The notes under the pieces were generated by a model that had not been told where the DNA came from, ran no database searches, and saw nothing but the letters and a program-made list of their open reading frames with translations. This document shows positions 56,859-58,832 of a stretch of DNA of 58,832 bases, one piece after another (the stretch's first letter is position 1; every line of letters begins with the position of its first letter). Origin of the DNA: a bacterium (GTDB taxonomy: Bacteria; Patescibacteriota; UBA1384; JBDRDK01); NCBI GenBank assembly GCA_043820855.1, contig JBDRDK010000001.1, positions 1 through 58,832 of the forward strand, written 5' to 3'. The translations under genes and the position numbers were made by a program.

Positions 56859-58832
56859 TTATATCACGATATTTAAAATCTTGGAAGGGATATATATGTG
56901 CTTTTTGATCTTTTTGTTTTTTAAATATTTTGTTACGTTTTTTTCTTTTTGTGCAAGCTCAAGTACTTCTTTTTCTGTATAGGTAGTTGGCACAATAATT
57001 TTTCCTCTTATTTTACCATTCACCTGAATTACTACTAGACCCTCTTTTTCTTTTTGAATTTTACCGATTTCGGGCCATTTTTGTTCATATACATGACCAC
57101 CAAAATCTAATTCATCCCAAAGTTCGGAAGATAAATGCGGAGCAAAAGGGAAAAGAATTATAAGAAAATCTTTTAAACTATCTCGATCAATCCCAATTTT
57201 ATATATTTGGTTCACATATTCCATCATTGAACTTATTGCTGTATTGAATCGCAAATTTTCTATGTCATTTGTTACTTTTTGAATTGTTTTATCCAAATCA
57301 ACTCGAGACTTAAGTTTGTTGGTGATTTTTTGATCAATTTGCCAAACTCGATCCAAAAATCTTTTTATTCCAATAATACCCTTAGTATCCCAAGGTGCAG
57401 CATCTTCCAGTGGACCTATAAACATTTCGTACATTCGAAGAGTATCAGCTCCATACTTTACAATAATTTTATCTGGATTTATTACATTACCAAGAGATTT
57501 CGACATCTTACGTCCATCTTGAGCTAAAACCAAACCCTGATTACGCAATTTCAAAAATGGTTCATCAAACTCTATGTATCCCATATCTTTCAAAGCTTTA
57601 ATCATAAACCTAGAATAAAGTAAATGCATTACTGCGTGCTCAGCACCACCAATATAAAGGTCTACAGGCAGCCATTTCTTTATCTTGTCTTTGCTAAACG
57701 GTTGTTTGGTATTTTGTGGATCAGTATATCTTAAAAAATACCAGGAAGAATCAACAAAAGTATCCATAGTATCGTTTTCTCGCTTTGCATTACCGCCACA
57801 TTTTGGACATTTCACACTGTAAAAACTTTTAGATTTTGCAAGAGGGGACTCACCAGTAGGTAGAAAGTCTACATCATCAGGTAATTCAACTGGCAGATCT
57901 TTTTCCGGCACTGGAATAGTCGTATATTCTTTCCCATCAATAACAACTTCATTAATTTTGATTTTTGATTTTTGATTTTTGATTTCCCAACATTTACGAC
58001 AGTAAATGATGGGTATTGGCGCACCCCAATATCTTTGCCTTGAGATTAACCAATCCCGCAATTTATACTGAGTTTGTAGTTTGGAATTTGGAATTTGGCT
58101 AATAATTTTTTTGGCATCACGAGGCCACTCTAAACCATTTAATTTTCCCGAATTAATAATAATCCCATTTCCAACATAATAATCATATCCGCTATTAATC
58201 CAAAATAACCAAAGATCAAGTTCAGAACAATTAAAATTATTTGGATTTATATTTTCGAGATCTAACCAAGTAACTTTATGTTTCTCTTTTTCTTCTTTAG
58301 AAATATTATCTTGTTCTTCATTTATTAATTCAAATAAAATCGCAGTTGCATAAGCTTTTCTATTTTCATTTTTATGGGCGGCATAATATTCGGCTTGAAC
58401 TTCAATTCCGAGTTTTCGGATAAGCTTCAAGTTTTTATAACCAGTTTCTTCGAGTACTTCTCTTTTTGCCGCTGTAATAATATTTTCATTTTTATTAACC
58501 CCGCCGACTATGAAAGTAGTCCAGGGCTGCTTTTTCCAATTTAAACAAAGAAATTTTCCAGTTTTTGGATTACGTACTATGGCTTGGATAGTTTTTCTTT
58601 CTATAGTTTTTTTGTTTTTAATTGGTGGATTTTTTACGTCAATCCTACAAGGCATAATTACTGGTTTGATAGACAATCCGTACTTTTTTGCAAACAAGTA
58701 ATCCCGTTCATCGTGCGCAGGTACGCACATAATTGCGCCAGTGCCATAAGAAGATAACACGTAATCTGAAACCCAAATTGGCATCTCTCCAGCTGTTAGG
58801 GGATTGATCGCTTTTATTCCTTTTAATTCAAC
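56859..58832 (-). CDS. leuS: leucine-tRNA ligase, C-terminal about two-thirds (continues past the right window edge)
   Basis: The frame is open to nt 58832 (VELKGIKAINPLTAGEMPIW...). YGTGAIMCVPAHDERDYLFAKKYGL, RDWLISRQRYWGAPIP, CPKCGG..RENDTMDTFVDSSWYFLRY, GGAEHAVMHLLYSRF, KMSKS. Confidence 0.93.
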   Translation of the reverse strand, partial: VELKGIKAINPLTAGEMPIWVSDYVLSSYGTGAIMCVPAHDERDYLFAKKYGLSIKPVIMPCRIDVKNPPIKNKKTIERKTIQAIVRNPKTGKFLCLNWKKQPWTTFIVGGVNKNENIITAAKREVLEETGYKNLKLIRKLGIEVQAEYYAAHKNENRKAYATAILFELINEEQDNISKEEKEKHKVTWLDLENINPNNFNCSELDLWLFWINSGYDYYVGNGIIINSGKLNGLEWPRDAKKIISQIPNSKLQTQYKLRDWLISRQRYWGAPIPIIYCRKCWEIKNQKSKIKINEVVIDGKEYTTIPVPEKDLPVELPDDVDFLPTGESPLAKSKSFYSVKCPKCGGNAKRENDTMDTFVDSSWYFLRYTDPQNTKQPFSKDKIKKWLPVDLYIGGAEHAVMHLLYSRFMIKALKDMGYIEFDEPFLKLRNQGLVLAQDGRKMSKSLGNVINPDKIIVKYGADTLRMYEMFIGPLEDAAPWDTKGIIGIKRFLDRVWQIDQKITNKLKSRVDLDKTIQKVTNDIENLRFNTAISSMMEYVNQIYKIGIDRDSLKDFLIILFPFAPHLSSELWDELDFGGHVYEQKWPEIGKIQKEKEGLVVIQVNGKIRGKIIVPTTYTEKEVLELAQKEKNVTKYLKNKKIKKHIYIPSKILNIVI
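58176..58655 (-). other. NUDIX hydrolase domain inserted within LeuRS
   Basis: A perfect Nudix box GGVNKNENIITAAKREVLEETGY (GX5EX7REUXEEXGU) lies at 58437-58505, inside an insert of about 160 aa between KPVI and NSGKLNGL. Confidence 0.75.

Noticed and set aside
57956-57985. Tandem 7-nt repeat (ATTTTTG, about 4 units).
   Set aside because: It lies inside leuS coding sequence, where the minus strand encodes EIKNQKSKIKI in a variable loop. It is a simple low-complexity repeat and not a CRISPR or regulatory array, although its period is not a multiple of 3, so slippage would be deleterious.

Overview
The window is AT-rich (about two-thirds A+T by eye), gene-dense and coded on both strands. It carries mostly housekeeping genes from what looks like a reduced-genome bacterium. 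A CPR/Patescibacteria-like origin is my inference, based on domain-trimmed PheS, PheT and AspRS, K/E-rich extensions on core proteins, sortase/LPXTG surface proteins and a bifunctional PGI/PMI. No database search was possible.

The genetic code is standard. prfB carries the classical CTT-TGA-C +1 frameshift, so UGA is a stop codon.

Gene content:
- A translationally coupled pgi/pmi-eno-gpmI-gpmI-gpmI operon on the minus strand.
- tRNA-Ala(CGC), tRNA-Leu(CAA) and tRNA-Leu(UAA).
- Envelope genes: sortase, mreB, an O-antigen-ligase-like protein, a WecG/TagA transferase, an L,D-transpeptidase, a LysM protein and a D,D-carboxypeptidase.
- Information-processing genes: DEAD-box helicase, typA, nusA, clpC, prfB, ybaB, pth, rplA-rplJ-rplL, tgt, rbfA, pheST, aspS, rnc, nusB, yceD-rpmF and a partial leuS.
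- No rRNA, CRISPR array, transposase or integrase was seen.

Most notable observations:
1. A tight six-gene operon (40019-47169) has three low-complexity or coiled-coil proteins, two tandem membrane-anchored VirD4/TraD-like P-loop ATPases and a small membrane protein. No other type IV secretion genes are present.
2. A complete NUDIX domain is inserted inside leucyl-tRNA synthetase.
3. A GC-rich two-hairpin element recurs with compensatory stem changes and abuts the start codons of nusA, ybaB and rplL.
4. An intact tRNA-Ala sits inside the two halves of a second, perfectly foldable tRNA-Ala-like cloverleaf.
5. There are three diverged tandem iPGM paralogs.
6. L7/L12 and L1 carry long N-terminal extensions.
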